The notes: a model not told the origin generated them from the sequence alone. Shown: positions 1 to 11,301, counted from the stretch's first letter. The stretch is 64,000 nt of DNA from Desulfosudaceae bacterium (GCA_963674745.2 CAXXDV010000001.1:1888001-1952000), one strand, 5' to 3'. Numbers and translations: made by a program.

Positions 1-893
1 TCTCTTTTGTCAAAGCTGGCAGACAAAAGCAAACCGAATTGCCGGTTTGCCCCGAAGACATCACCATAGGTCATCTGGGCACTCTCCGCCCATTCTTCCG
101 TCAACTCTGAATAGTTTCCGCCCAAATTACCCATGAGCGTCCGCTTGGATTTATCATAAGCACTCGGGGTTTCAATATTGATATGGCCGCCGATACTGTC
201 ACCCGGCATATCGGGCGTCAGCGCCTTGGTCACCACCAGTGTTTCCATGACATTCATGGGTAGTACATCAAGCAGTACGGCCCGGGTATCGGCATCCGGT
301 GCGGCCATGGCAACATTATCCACAGAGGCACTGTTCAGGTGAGGACTGATTCCCCGTACAATAACAAACCGGCCTTCACCCTGATCCCTTGCAATAGAAA
401 TACCAGGCAGGCGGTCCAGGGCTTCAGCGGCATTCTGATCCGGAAACCGGCCGAAAGCATCCGATGCCACGATATTTTTAAGATTCAAGGATGATTTCTG
501 GCGGTTCAGTGCCTTGGCCTGGCCCACCATCGATCCCTGTACCACCAGTTCTTCAAGGGCATTGATGGATTCGCCGAAATTAATGTCCAGACGAACGGTT
601 TCCCCGGTTGTTACCTGGATGGATTCTGTTACCGGTTCAAAACCGATATATTTAAATGTCAAGGAATGGCTGCCCTGCGGCAGATTTATTCTATATTCAC
701 CATTGGTGTCTGTGGTCGTTCTAAAACGACCGTCCGGTGTGGAAACCGCAACACCCATTAAATTAATATCATTCCACACATCTTTTACCTGGCCGGTCAC
801 CTGTCCTTTGTCCCCTGCGAAAGAAATACCGGCTGACAATAATAGACAGATAATTATTGCAAGCCGTTGAAGAAATGTTCTTCTGATTTTCAT
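1..893 (-). CDS. TonB-dependent receptor, N-terminal part (signal peptide, carboxypeptidase-regulatory-like domain, plug); runs off the window's left edge
   Basis: Not in the ORF track (no stop in window). Manual translation from ATG 893 (RBS GGAGGAG): MKIRRTFLQRLAIIICLLLSAGISFA...LEELVVQG...GRFPDQNAAEALDRLPGISIARDQGEGRFVIVRG...LVVTKALTPDMPGDSIGGHINIET, typical TBDR plug motifs. Confidence 0.9.
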   Translation of the reverse strand, partial: MKIRRTFLQRLAIIICLLLSAGISFAGDKGQVTGQVKDVWNDINLMGVAVSTPDGRFRTTTDTNGEYRINLPQGSHSLTFKYIGFEPVTESIQVTTGETVRLDINFGESINALEELVVQGSMVGQAKALNRQKSSLNLKNIVASDAFGRFPDQNAAEALDRLPGISIARDQGEGRFVIVRGISPHLNSASVDNVAMAAPDADTRAVLLDVLPMNVMETLVVTKALTPDMPGDSIGGHINIETPSAYDKSKRTLMGNLGGNYSELTEEWAESAQMTYGDVFGANRQFGLLLSASFDKR

Positions 894-983
894 GGTTCTC
901 CTCCCCTTGATAATTAATAACCGTATCATTGATCTTTAAAATCAAAACTTTCCCTAAAAAAAATTCTAATTGCAGCGTTATCA

Positions 984-1071
984 AATGATGAAATTGTGAA
1001 ACTTCGATGAACCGATGATTTGATTATGGTTAGCCACCCAAAAATAACAGTCCGATGACAATTTTTTAACG
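984..1071. promoter_or_regulatory. Two divergent arrays of 11-bp-phased half-sites (Pho-box-like)
   Basis: Plus strand: ATAACA 1044, ATGACA 1055, TTAACG 1066. Minus strand: CTAACC (1033), CAAATC (1022), TTCATC (1011), TTCACA (1000), ATCATT (989). They lie between the TBDR and the alkaline phosphatase. Confidence 0.55.
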
Positions 1072-1213
1072 GAAACCAGATAAAGCCCTAAACAATCATG
1101 ATTAAGATATCGAACTATAAGCTGTGGATGGTTATGATAGAATGTTGATGCTTTTGACTGTGAATGAATAAAAAGTCAGATTAATATGTGAATTTAATTT
1201 TTTGGATAACGAT

Positions 1214-2527
1214 ATGAATATGAGAAAAATCAGAAGCGTGTTGATGTGTCACCTGGCCGGCTGTTTTTTAGCCATTTTTGTGTCAGGCTGCGCCTTGACG
1301 TATACTGCGGCTTCAAGCGTCAAAAACGCAGGCTCTGCCGGAGGGGGAGAGCCCAGATATATTTTCTTCCTGGTTCCTGACGGCATGGGGCTATCGAACG
1401 TTACCGCCGCCCGTATTTATAAAAACGGGCCCGGCGGCGTTCCGCTGACTTTTGAAAGACTTCCCTATATCGGTTATCAGCGCACACATTCAAAAAACAG
1501 CACGGTCACCGACTCTGCCGCTGCCGCCAGTGCCTGGGCGTCCGGAGAAAAATTCAACAATGGTGAAATTTCCTGCCACGATGACAATGGCGACGGACTC
1601 TGCGACGGGACCTTAAAGAATCCACAGACCATATTGGAACTGGCAGCGGCCCGTGGGATGGGAACAGGCCTTGTGGCCACCTCAGATATCACTCACGCAA
1701 CGCCGGCTGTATGGGGGGCGCATGTTCACAGTCGAAAATGTGAATCTGAGGTTTTCTCGCAATTCCTGGATCTGGGTATCGATGTGCTGCTCGGCGGGGG
1801 AATTGCAGCCAATCATGGTGCCTGTCTTCTCGAACCGACTGATGAGACAACAACAGAAGCGTTGATTCAAAGAGCACGTAATGAAGGATACGCTTATGTA
1901 ACAACTGAAAAGGAAATGATCGCCAGGCAGGCATCAGCGAAGAAGATACTCGGTGTTTTTAACAGCGGCGGTTTATCTCCGCTTTACACCCGTTCATCTG
2001 CGTCTACCGAACCCACCCTGGGAACCATGACCAGAGCGGCGTTGGAAGTTTTACAGGGCTTTAATAGCGGTTTTTTTCTGTTGGTCGAAGGGTCTCAGGT
2101 GGACTGGGCCAATCACGATAACGACATGGTCTATCAGATTCATGAAACCCTTGATTTTGATAATGCCGTTAAAGTCATTCTGGACTGGGTGAATGGCTCT
2201 GAAATTCGAAAGAAAAACAGCCTTGTCATTGTAGTGCCCGATCATGACTGCGGTGGTTTTGGCATCAACGGGCCTAAAGGTGAGCTGTCTGTACCCGGTG
2301 ATTCCGGCAGGAAATATCGGCTTAAAAACGAAGCCGGTGTCATGGTGGACTTAAAAAATAATGATGGGAAGCCGATTTACGCGCCTGATTTTGAAGCCGG
2401 CTGGACCTCAGACGGACATACGGCCGTAGATACTCTGATCTGGAGTAACTCTCCTGCCTGCGGCCGTGCAATGGATAACACGGATCTGTTTTATGTAATG
2501 AGAACTTTTCTTCAAGGTAACTTCTAA
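1214..2527 (+). CDS. phoA: Alkaline phosphatase (PhoA family), probably exported or a lipoprotein
   Basis: Motifs PDGMG, VTDSAAAAS (catalytic Ser), HATPA, EGSQVDWANH, DHD, GHT; hydrophobic N-terminus with VSGC. Start uncertain (1202 TTG, 1214 or 1220 ATG). Confidence 0.9.
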   Translation: MNMRKIRSVLMCHLAGCFLAIFVSGCALTYTAASSVKNAGSAGGGEPRYIFFLVPDGMGLSNVTAARIYKNGPGGVPLTFERLPYIGYQRTHSKNSTVTDSAAAASAWASGEKFNNGEISCHDDNGDGLCDGTLKNPQTILELAAARGMGTGLVATSDITHATPAVWGAHVHSRKCESEVFSQFLDLGIDVLLGGGIAANHGACLLEPTDETTTEALIQRARNEGYAYVTTEKEMIARQASAKKILGVFNSGGLSPLYTRSSASTEPTLGTMTRAALEVLQGFNSGFFLLVEGSQVDWANHDNDMVYQIHETLDFDNAVKVILDWVNGSEIRKKNSLVIVVPDHDCGGFGINGPKGELSVPGDSGRKYRLKNEAGVMVDLKNNDGKPIYAPDFEAGWTSDGHTAVDTLIWSNSPACGRAMDNTDLFYVMRTFLQGNF

Positions 2528-2571
2528 AAGCCGGCGCAACCGTTGAAAAACTAAAAAAACGCAAAATATCG

Positions 2572-3513
2572 TCATCTGATGTTGGATGCCCCCATATTGA
2601 TTACGGGCTCTGCCTGGGCTTCTCCGCAAAGCACAACCAGAAGGTTGCCCACCATTGCCGCTTTACGCTCTTCATCCAGTTTTAGAATTTCTTTCTCTGA
2701 TAATTCCGCAAGGGCCATCTCCACCATGCTGACGGCACCGTGGACGATTTTTTTCCGGGCTGCAATGATGGCCTCTGCCTGCTGACGCCGGAGCATGGCG
2801 CCGGCTATTTCCGGGGCATACGCCAGGTGTGTCAACCGCGCTTCCGACACAATAACGCCTGCTCTGGAAAGTCTTTCCTGAAGTTCTTTTTCCAGGGCTT
2901 TGCTTATCATGTCGGTGTTGTCACGTAACGTTGCTTCTTTTTCGTCCCCATCCTCGGAATGATCGTAAGGGTAATTGTTGGCCAGGTGGCGAAGGGCCGA
3001 TTCGCTCTGCACCTGAACGTAATGCTTGTAATTGTCCACGTCAAATAATGCTTTGGCCGTGTCCTGAACGTGCCAGACGACAACGGCGCCTATTTCGATC
3101 GGATTGCCGCGCTGATCATTAACCTTCAGGGTTTCCGTTTCAAAATTCCGCGCTCTTAAGGACACACGATATTTTTGAAAAAGATGCATGGATGCTGAGT
3201 GGTCTTTATCCTGAGATGCCATTGAATCCCACGGTCCCCGGTGCACGGAAAAAGGGTTCGCCCAGTGAAACCCGTCTTTTTTAACTGTCCCCTGGTATTT
3301 CCCGAAAAGAATTAACACCCTTGCTTCATTCGGCTGTAAAGTGAATAATCCCTGGGCCAAAAAAATTATTAGGGACATGCCGATTACAATGAAAAAAACA
3401 CTGCCAAATGCCATATCGACAACAAAAAATAAAACCATTACTGCCACTAGTAATATTGCAATTACACAAAGCATTATCAATCCGTTCAATGTACTGACAA
3501 TCTTTTCTTTCAT
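2572..3513 (-). CDS. SPFH/band 7 domain membrane protein
   Basis: Two N-terminal TM helices, [57 protein letters not shown] favours ATG 3513. Confidence 0.9.
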   Translation of the reverse strand: MKEKIVSTLNGLIMLCVIAILLVAVMVLFFVVDMAFGSVFFIVIGMSLIIFLAQGLFTLQPNEARVLILFGKYQGTVKKDGFHWANPFSVHRGPWDSMASQDKDHSASMHLFQKYRVSLRARNFETETLKVNDQRGNPIEIGAVVVWHVQDTAKALFDVDNYKHYVQVQSESALRHLANNYPYDHSEDGDEKEATLRDNTDMISKALEKELQERLSRAGVIVSEARLTHLAYAPEIAGAMLRRQQAEAIIAARKKIVHGAVSMVEMALAELSEKEILKLDEERKAAMVGNLLVVLCGEAQAEPVINMGASNIR

Positions 3514-3655
3514 GTTTGCTCTCCCGAATTCCATGCAACGACGTAATGGCACAAATTTTCAGTGTGATCCATGGCACCGGTTGCTATGGGGGTAATTGGG
3601 CTATTATAGGTTTTTCTGTGGCGCTTTCGGCGGACTGAAATAACGGTATTATGGT

Positions 3656-3904
3656 TTACGGCAGATATCCGTCAGACGGCATGAAATTTTCATTGTTTTG
3701 CAGGATATGATTTTTTACGGTTTTTTCCACAAGAATTGGGATGAAATCAAGGACCACCGCATCACGCTCCAGCCGGGAACAGTATTTCCAGTATAATGTC
3801 TTTAATTGTTCATCGGGAATGTTACCAAAATCGTTTTTAATTCTTTTAAAACTTTCCTGGTGTTGTGTTTTTGGTATCCTGCTTTCCATTTTATCGATCT
3901 CCAT
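3656..3904 (-). CDS. Small helical protein, DUF3562-like three-helix bundle
   Basis: Y..RLERDAVVLDFIPILVEKTVK resembles the A-x-V-x-D-F/Y-I-P-I-L-V motif of DUF3562-type proteins. Confidence 0.5.
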   Translation of the reverse strand: MEIDKMESRIPKTQHQESFKRIKNDFGNIPDEQLKTLYWKYCSRLERDAVVLDFIPILVEKTVKNHILQNNENFMPSDGYLP

Positions 3905-4382
3905 TTACAACAAATCAAAAAAAAGAGGAAGCAAAAGCATCTCCCTAATTACATATAAAAATATCGCAAAGGACGACTGCCCTGTCAAGAATCGGCTACC
4001 CATAAATCCCTTTGTCCTGGACCGTTTCGTCATCTGTTAACTATTTGGATTTAAGCGAATTCAAATCAATTGCGGCAAAGTCGTCATCGGTCTGATTTGT
4101 AAGCGTTTGATTAGTTTTCTGTGAAAAACAATCGGCAAAATGGACTATCTGTTCAAAAGGATATAACCATAGATGACTTAAATCATTAAATAGCGACTCA
4201 TTTGACGTAAGCCGGGTGCTTTCCCTGGAATTCATCTCTAAAGGAACAGCGGATAACTTTGGGAATGGATCAGGAAATACATTTAACGCAATAATGGATA
4301 ATACCTTTTAAGAACGCATACATGGACGGCAGCAGGGAACTCTTTTCTCAGCCTTTTGAATAAATTATGAAAATGATGATGG

Positions 4383-5117
4383 CTATGAAGGTTGATAAGG
4401 ATTCTGTTTTCTGTTACTAATGCAGCCCCCAATCAGCCTGATTGATATAATTATTCCAAAACCTATTGCCATGGAAGCCATCATGCCCGGGTTTTTAATC
4501 GGATTCAGCGACTCACCTGCCTTTACCGCCTCGATGATATTGTCGCTCAGCCATGTGAGTACTATTATGTGATGAAATGTCCCCAGCACGGTTCCCAGTA
4601 AGAAATCCCTAAAGCCTATATTTGACAGGCTGAGCATCCAGTTAAAAGGCGGCAGCATGAAAAACAACAACCGCAAATACAGGACTGTTTTGAACCCCCT
4701 ATGCTCAAGTTTTTTATCGAATTGATCAAGTTTGCTGCCGCAAAGTCTTTTTAAAAACCCCCTCCCAAGGTATTGAGCAATAACGTAAATTGTCATTGCC
4801 GCAATATAAATAGAAATGGCTGACACAATTGCTGCCTTAATTCCACCAAAAATGATGACTGAGAACAGGATGATTACAACGGATGGGATATTTATTACAA
4901 TTGCACATATGGCAACTATGACAAACAATACATTCCCGTAGAAACCGTATCCTGAGATGAGTTTCCGAATAGATTCGATACTGTCGGATATGTACTCTTT
5001 TGTGAGATTTTGCGAGTAATCTGTATAATAACAGAAAAATATTCCGGCTGAAATGATTGTAAGCAGGATAATGGCCCTGATAACGGATGACCTGTCAAAT
5101 TGTTGCTCTTCCTGCAT
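4383..5117 (-). CDS. TVP38/TMEM64 (DedA/VTT superfamily) membrane protein
   Basis: Hydrophobic; YLGR, LYLRLLFFMLPPFNW, FRDFLLGTVLG motifs. Confidence 0.8.
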   Translation of the reverse strand: MQEEQQFDRSSVIRAIILLTIISAGIFFCYYTDYSQNLTKEYISDSIESIRKLISGYGFYGNVLFVIVAICAIVINIPSVVIILFSVIIFGGIKAAIVSAISIYIAAMTIYVIAQYLGRGFLKRLCGSKLDQFDKKLEHRGFKTVLYLRLLFFMLPPFNWMLSLSNIGFRDFLLGTVLGTFHHIIVLTWLSDNIIEAVKAGESLNPIKNPGMMASMAIGFGIIISIRLIGGCISNRKQNPYQPS

Positions 5118-5262
5118 CTTATTATCTGTTTTTATCAGTTGAAAGTTTCTATATTGGTCTTCACAGATCTTTTAATGAAAATGAAAGAAGGTGTTTAATC
5201 AATATCACAGAACGAACCAAAAGAAACCAGGAGGCTTTATGATGTTTATGGTGATTGTCGAT

Positions 5263-6642
5263 TCACCCCAGGAGATCCTCCTGTTTGTATAATTTATGGT
5301 ATTGCCGCATTTCTTCTTTAGAGTACCGTTCCAGTCGTTGCTCCGGAATTTTTACTCTTTTCTCAATATCTGTAACTTTTGCATTCTCGACAAATAAATT
5401 TCTTCCCCTGCCGAACTTGATCAGTTGAAAAGAATCGTACAAATCACCTGTCACCGTATATGCGTTAAAAGTCAGCGTGTTTTTATTGATGTCTATGATC
5501 TGATATAGCTGAGTCAAAGAGGCTGATTGATCAGGCATCTTTTGCGGACCCAGGCCATACATTTTTTCACCAGCCACAGACACCACATATACAGGCGTGC
5601 CTGAACCATGTGAGCCAATCGAGTCAATATAAATTCCCCGGCAATAGCAATGATCATGTCCTTGCAAAACAAGGTCAACACCATATTTCTCAAGAAGCGG
5701 TTTTATTATTTCCCTTAACCCGTCATTATCGCGCCCTCTGGAACAGGAGAAAACCGGATGATGAAAGGTGACAATCGTCCAGTTTTGTGAATTTGATGCC
5801 AATACATTTTCAAACCACTCGATTTGACGTTCGGATTCGGCCTCATCTAAGATAAAGGGAAACGAATCTAAAGATATTATCCTGGTTCCCTGGTAATCCA
5901 CAAAGTAAACCCTGTTTTTAAAGGGAAACGGACCGTTTGAGGGGTTGATGAAAATCTGATTCCAATGACGGGAAAATGGTCTTTTACCATTTTCAGGCCT
6001 TTTGTAATATTCATGATTTCCGGGTGTGGCGATACAGGGAACCTGGCTGTAAAGGTATCCACCGGCATGAAAAAACGCCTGCCAGTCCTTATCGATGCTT
6101 CTGTTGACAAGGTCGCCGGCAAAAAGCATAAAGGCCGCTCCGGGGTTGTGCGCGTAAGCCTGCCGGATATTTCTCGAACCATTCTCAATAATTCCATTTT
6201 GTACATCACCGAAGTATATGAATGAAAATGGTTTTTCTGTTTTCGATGCGGTTTTAAACTGAATCCATTCGCTGAATTTTTTGCCATCTCCAACCCGATA
6301 AACATACGGTGTGTCGGGTTTTAACCCGGTAAAGATGACCTTATGCCCCATTGCTTCCTTCCGGCCTTCTTCCCAGGATGAACTCTTCCCGGTTACCTTT
6401 ATTATATTATTATCCAATACCGGGGCGGGGCTTGCTTCGGTAATCTCGCCCAAAGCTTTTTTAATACTAAAATCTGTTCTCCAGGTTATGCCAATGGTGT
6501 TTGAGGGATCGCCCGGGAAGCACATCATAATGCGGTCGGGATATTCGCTAACGGCCCTGTCTTCTGTGTTCTGCCGAGATTGTGTAAAAGAGACAAACAG
6601 AATCATCAAAAAAAATAATATGTAGATAAGGGCGTTTTTCAC
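5263..6642 (-). CDS. Purple acid phosphatase-family metallophosphoesterase with N-terminal FN3-like domain, exported
   Basis: Signal peptide; HKVIFTGLKPDTPYVYRVG; motifs FGDVQ, AGDLV, PGNHE, FHHP, QGHDH. Confidence 0.9.
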   Translation of the reverse strand: MKNALIYILFFLMILFVSFTQSRQNTEDRAVSEYPDRIMMCFPGDPSNTIGITWRTDFSIKKALGEITEASPAPVLDNNIIKVTGKSSSWEEGRKEAMGHKVIFTGLKPDTPYVYRVGDGKKFSEWIQFKTASKTEKPFSFIYFGDVQNGIIENGSRNIRQAYAHNPGAAFMLFAGDLVNRSIDKDWQAFFHAGGYLYSQVPCIATPGNHEYYKRPENGKRPFSRHWNQIFINPSNGPFPFKNRVYFVDYQGTRIISLDSFPFILDEAESERQIEWFENVLASNSQNWTIVTFHHPVFSCSRGRDNDGLREIIKPLLEKYGVDLVLQGHDHCYCRGIYIDSIGSHGSGTPVYVVSVAGEKMYGLGPQKMPDQSASLTQLYQIIDINKNTLTFNAYTVTGDLYDSFQLIKFGRGRNLFVENAKVTDIEKRVKIPEQRLERYSKEEMRQYHKLYKQEDLLG

Positions 6643-6726
6643 TGGTTCGGCCTTTAATTTTATCTGACAAATTTAAGGTCGAAACGTTTAAAACAAATGT
6701 GAATAATATTTTTTTTTGATAAATGT

Positions 6727-9700
6727 TTATTGAATGTATGATGAGTATTCCCTGCTCTTTTCTTCGCAAGCTTTTTCATCAATTATCCGACGGATCATCC
6801 GGGCCAGGTCGGATTTGACAATCGGCTTCATCAACAATCCTTTGATGCCGGTGGCTTTTACTATTTCCTTGTTGATCAGTTCGCTGAACCCGGTGCAGAT
6901 CAGTATGGGCATGTCGGGTCGTATGGATAAGACTTTTGCGGCAAGTTGATCGCCGGTCATGTGCGGCATGGTCATGTCGGTTATCACAAGATCAAATCTA
7001 TCAGGACTTGCCTCAAACGCTTCCAGGGCTTCCACGCTGCCGGTTCGCATGGTGACATGGTACCCGAGTCTTTCCAGCATTAGTCTCTCCATATCGGCAA
7101 TTGACACTTCATCGTCAACCAGGAGAATATGTTCATTCCCGGTTGGTATGCTCTGAGGGATTGTCACCACATTCGATATTTCCTCGTTCTCGATAACGGG
7201 CAGATAAACATGAAAGGTGCTGCCGATACCGGGTTCACTATAAACAGAGATATGCCCTTCATGATTGTTGACGATTCCATATACGACGGCCAGGCCCAGA
7301 CCGGTTCCTTTGCCGCTTTCCTTTGTGGTGAAATATGGATCGAAAACTCTATTGATGATGTCCGGTGTCATCCCCTTACCGTTGTCGCTGACAGTCAGTC
7401 GAATGTATCTGCCCGGGGTTAAACCCGGTTTGTCTTCCATGTCGTCCGTTTCAAGTTCAATCTCAGACAAGGTAACCTCGATCTTTCCGCCTCTTTCATC
7501 CAAAGCATGGTAGGCATTTGTAAACAGGTTTATCACAATTTGGTGGATCTGGGTGTGATCGCCCAGGATCAATCCGCAGTCGTTGTCGATGTATTTATTA
7601 ATTTCGATATTCATGGGTATGGAAGCGCGAATCAGTTTAATGGCTTCTTTTACGACAATCTTGACAATTAAAGGCCGTTTTTCCTGACTGCCCTTGCGGC
7701 TGAATGTCAATATCTGTTTTACCAGATCCTTTGCCCGCATGGAAGCCGTGAAAATACCCTGAAGGAATTCATGTTCCAGGCTGTCCGGCTGAACACAGTC
7801 TATCGTTAACTCCGTGTATCCGACAATCGAGGAAAGAATGTTATTGAAGTCATGGGCAATCCCTCCGGCCAATGTCCCGATTGATTCTACTTTGTGAGAC
7901 TGGATGATTTGTTTTTCCATCTTTTTTATCTGAGTAACATCCCTGACAAAACACAGCGCTGCCGGATTATTTTCCCATATGATCTGCACACCGTTTATTT
8001 CCAGCAGCAACTCTTGTTTTGATTTGTCCTTTACCCTGAATGTGGTGTAATCCGTTATATTTTGACCTTCAATGATCTTTGTATAGCGATCGTGAATTTT
8101 GCTTTGGTCATCCGGATGAATGATATCCATAAAAGAAATACTTGATAATTCTTTCTTTGAGTAGCCCAGGATTTTTTCCGTACTTGAATTGCAATATTTC
8201 ATCATATCGTCCTGGGTGACGATAATCGCATCACGCGCGTTTTCTAAAATAAGCCGATGACGTTCTTCGGCGATTCGTTTGTTTTTTACTACCTGTATTT
8301 CCGTGGTAATATCACGGATAAATTCCACTACTCCGCTGATCTCTTTGGAATTCTGATCCGTCAGGGGAAATACCGACAATTCGATCCATTTGATATCGGA
8401 TCCGGCAGGGCCGGGTACGATATTCGTTTCAATTTTACCAGAATCAATGCATGAGAGGGCCGGGCAGGGTTCGCAAGGCTCTTGGGAACTGAAATAACAC
8501 TCGTGACATTTCCGGCCCTCCAAAGGCCGGGTTTCCGGATACCATTTTTTTATCACGCCATTGACCTGTCGGATGGTCAGATCACGGTCCAGAATGGAAA
8601 CACCATCCTGAATACTTTCAAACAAATTCGAAAAAAGTTTTTCACTGTTTCGTAATGAAATTTCTATATTCGTCTTTTCCGCAATATATCGTTCCAGATC
8701 GGCTGCCATCTGATTAAACGACTTGCCCAATATACCAAATTCATCTTTTGATTTTATTGGTATTCTTTTTGTCAATTCCCCTTTACCCAGGGCGGATGTT
8801 GCCGAGAGCAACTGTTTAAATGATCTGGTTACATGGGTCGTGAGCAGAAGGACGATGACGGTACATAGGATTACGGAAATAAATATTAATGAAAGGATCA
8901 TTTGTTTTGCTTTGTTTGCCGTACCAATGCCCTCAAGTTTGGCATTGTTCAGATCAGCAAGCGCCGAATTTTTCACGTCCTCATGGAGAATGTGGTGTAG
9001 GTTCGAGCGAATTTTTGTAAAGTTGGACAGATAATAATTAAATGCGTACTCAATGCCGAGGATTTCTGATGTCAAAGCGTGTGTTTCGCTGAACAGGTTA
9101 CTGATTTGTTGCGTCCAGTATTTTTCATCTTCCGTTAACGGCAGGGATTTCCATTGTTGGAGATGACCGAAAAAATCGTTGGCATGGATAGAAATGCGAT
9201 CTTTATATTCAGGCGCTTCCGTAATTAAGTAATTGCCCAGCCCGATACAGGCTTCATTGTAGTTTGTTCTCAAGCCGAAATAGTGAAGTATCTTTTGCGT
9301 TTGAACGGGATTTCCGGTATCGGTCAATTCGGGTTGATACTGGCCGAAAAGCAGAAAGGCCGAATTGAGTTTTTCGGCAAAGTCCGCAAACAGGTTTTTC
9401 TGGTAATCCTTGGCGTTCATCAAGCTGATGCCGGTGGGTTGGAGCTCCTCATAAATTTTTGCGATATCTTCGCCCGGATCATTTCCCTGGTTGTTGTTCA
9501 AAAGCTGTAGATATTCATTATGAAATTTTTTAAAGTCCTGGTCGTTCTTTACAATATTCGCACGGGCTTGCGGATCTGTGTTGAAAAGATAATTTAGAAT
9601 ATTTATTTCCGTTTCAATGGCATGAATTTCCATTTCAAAGGCGGCTGTGGTTTTGGGCTCGGCTTTATCCGTTATCTCCTGTATGTCCCTGATAACGGTT

Positions 9701-9798
9701 TGCGCTTCAAAATAGGATACAAATCCGATCATTATTAAAAAAAGGAGCAGGATACCGAATCCAAGCGCCAGCTTGCGCCCGATTGTGAATTTTATCAT
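6727..9798 (-). CDS. Hybrid sensor histidine kinase (periplasmic domain, HAMP, 2 PAS, HisKA, HATPase, receiver)
   Basis: GTLAGGIAHDFNNIL H-box, DNGKGM / FDPYFTTK / GTGLGL, C-terminal ILLVDDE...DLVITDMTMP...KP. Confidence 0.95.
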   Translation of the reverse strand: MIKFTIGRKLALGFGILLLFLIMIGFVSYFEAQTVIRDIQEITDKAEPKTTAAFEMEIHAIETEINILNYLFNTDPQARANIVKNDQDFKKFHNEYLQLLNNNQGNDPGEDIAKIYEELQPTGISLMNAKDYQKNLFADFAEKLNSAFLLFGQYQPELTDTGNPVQTQKILHYFGLRTNYNEACIGLGNYLITEAPEYKDRISIHANDFFGHLQQWKSLPLTEDEKYWTQQISNLFSETHALTSEILGIEYAFNYYLSNFTKIRSNLHHILHEDVKNSALADLNNAKLEGIGTANKAKQMILSLIFISVILCTVIVLLLTTHVTRSFKQLLSATSALGKGELTKRIPIKSKDEFGILGKSFNQMAADLERYIAEKTNIEISLRNSEKLFSNLFESIQDGVSILDRDLTIRQVNGVIKKWYPETRPLEGRKCHECYFSSQEPCEPCPALSCIDSGKIETNIVPGPAGSDIKWIELSVFPLTDQNSKEISGVVEFIRDITTEIQVVKNKRIAEERHRLILENARDAIIVTQDDMMKYCNSSTEKILGYSKKELSSISFMDIIHPDDQSKIHDRYTKIIEGQNITDYTTFRVKDKSKQELLLEINGVQIIWENNPAALCFVRDVTQIKKMEKQIIQSHKVESIGTLAGGIAHDFNNILSSIVGYTELTIDCVQPDSLEHEFLQGIFTASMRAKDLVKQILTFSRKGSQEKRPLIVKIVVKEAIKLIRASIPMNIEINKYIDNDCGLILGDHTQIHQIVINLFTNAYHALDERGGKIEVTLSEIELETDDMEDKPGLTPGRYIRLTVSDNGKGMTPDIINRVFDPYFTTKESGKGTGLGLAVVYGIVNNHEGHISVYSEPGIGSTFHVYLPVIENEEISNVVTIPQSIPTGNEHILLVDDEVSIADMERLMLERLGYHVTMRTGSVEALEAFEASPDRFDLVITDMTMPHMTGDQLAAKVLSIRPDMPILICTGFSELINKEIVKATGIKGLLMKPIVKSDLARMIRRIIDEKACEEKSREYSSYIQ

Positions 9799-10121
9799 TG
9801 ATCATACCTCGGCAATCTTAATGATTCGTCATTTCGGTGCATTGTAAGAGAAAAAGACCGAATAGCGCTGATACAAAATTTAAAAGTTGAACGGTATTAT
9901 AGAGACAGGGTGTTAAATTAATATGAGGGCAACGGTAGCTTTTTGATTTTAAGGACAAGTGAGCATATACTGGTATCATCTTGATGGAGCTGATATCACC
10001 AAATTATCGCCAGCCACCGCCTGAAGGTAGATGCCGCAGGATAAAACATTGAACAATCGAACTAAAAATCGTGTCCGTAAAAATGGACCTTCGGTGAAAC
10101 ATCCGAAACGGAGAGGAGAAA

Positions 10122-10595
10122 ATGGCTCTTGATGCAAAACGATTATCCATGAAATACGAAATGACAATCCCCGCCCCCCGTGAGCAGGTTTTCCCTATGC
10201 TTTGTCCTGTCCGGGAGTATGACTGGCTGCCTTACTGGAATTGCCGCATGATCTATTCGCTTTCCGGGGTGGCCGAACAGGATTGCGTATTTATGACCGA
10301 TTTCCCGGACAGAGGAGAAATGATCTGGACCGTTACCCGATATTCATCTCCGGATCATATTCAATACACCATCTGCAAACCTGATTCCCATATTTTGAGC
10401 CTGAACATTGTCCTCGAAGAGATTAATTCTCAGGAATGTCGGCTGACATGGCGTCATGTATTCACGGGATTCACCAAAGCAGGTAATCAATATTTGGTCG
10501 GATATACCGACGAACATCACCGCCTTCATCTGTCGCGGATTGAAAAGTGCCTGGTGTATTATGTGAAAACCGGTAATATCCTGAAAGAGGGATGA
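10122..10595 (+). CDS. Hypothetical protein, SRPBCC/START-like
   Basis: RBS AGGAG; APREQVFPMLCPVREYDW pattern. Confidence 0.6.
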   Translation: MALDAKRLSMKYEMTIPAPREQVFPMLCPVREYDWLPYWNCRMIYSLSGVAEQDCVFMTDFPDRGEMIWTVTRYSSPDHIQYTICKPDSHILSLNIVLEEINSQECRLTWRHVFTGFTKAGNQYLVGYTDEHHRLHLSRIEKCLVYYVKTGNILKEG

Positions 10596-10635
10596 GTTCG
10601 GCCTGGATTGTTTGGGCATGCAAAGGAATGGTATA

Positions 10636-11301
10636 ATGACCACGAAATCCTTATCTGCACGTTTTTTGTCCGCCCGTTTCGTGCACCAGGCGATCTCTAT
10701 TGTCGCCACGGATCTATTGTATGGTGTCGGCATCCTGTTCTTTTCCTGGCATGTCTTCGATATCCTGGTCATTCTATGGGTTGAAAGCGTGCTTCAGGCA
10801 GTGATGGGGTTGTTTCGGTTACTGATCGCAGGCGGCACGCTTTTCATTCGTCGTCTTCAGATCGCGGTATTCTTTTCCGTCGGAGGCGCGCTATTCAGCC
10901 TTGCCTTCGGTCTGTTTGCCTTTGTTTTCTATTCCGACCTCAACGTACCCGGAGACAGGGAAGCGTCACTGGCCGCCATGGCCGGCCTGCTCACGAGTCC
11001 TTCCGTGGTCATATCGGCACTGTGCATATTGGCCTGCCTGGTGTACGAATTCTTTGCCGGGTATATCGGTGCCGGTGCTTATCGAAAAGCTCAAGGGGAA
11101 TGGGAGATGGTCCATGTCGGCCTGCGGCAGCCGCTTTTGCTGATGGGATTGATGTTCGGCGGAGCCATCCTGGAAAAACACGGTAACCCGGTACCGGGGT
11201 TGCTCCTGGTGCTGATACTCAAGATGGGGGTGGAATTTCTTTCTGCCTTTCATCGCGCGTTTCAGCCTCCGGCCGTCGCGGTTGAACAATCGGGCACATA
11301 G
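10636..11301 (+). CDS. Integral membrane protein, DUF6498-like
   Basis: Multiple TM segments, GILFFSW...ILWVES pattern; start uncertain (10612 or 10636). Confidence 0.55.
   Translation: MTTKSLSARFLSARFVHQAISIVATDLLYGVGILFFSWHVFDILVILWVESVLQAVMGLFRLLIAGGTLFIRRLQIAVFFSVGGALFSLAFGLFAFVFYSDLNVPGDREASLAAMAGLLTSPSVVISALCILACLVYEFFAGYIGAGAYRKAQGEWEMVHVGLRQPLLLMGLMFGGAILEKHGNPVPGLLLVLILKMGVEFLSAFHRAFQPPAVAVEQSGT

Noticed and set aside
514..984. ORF-track calls 514-870 (+) and 769-984 (-)
   Set aside because: They overlap the real minus-strand TBDR frame starting at 893.
4041..4320. Possible small gene or pseudogene (MRS*KVLSIIALNVF... continuing into the 64-aa ORF)
   Set aside because: No recognisable family or RBS; cannot be supported.
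6643..6726. Pho box upstream of the purple acid phosphatase
   Set aside because: Candidate half-sites are not in 11-bp phase.
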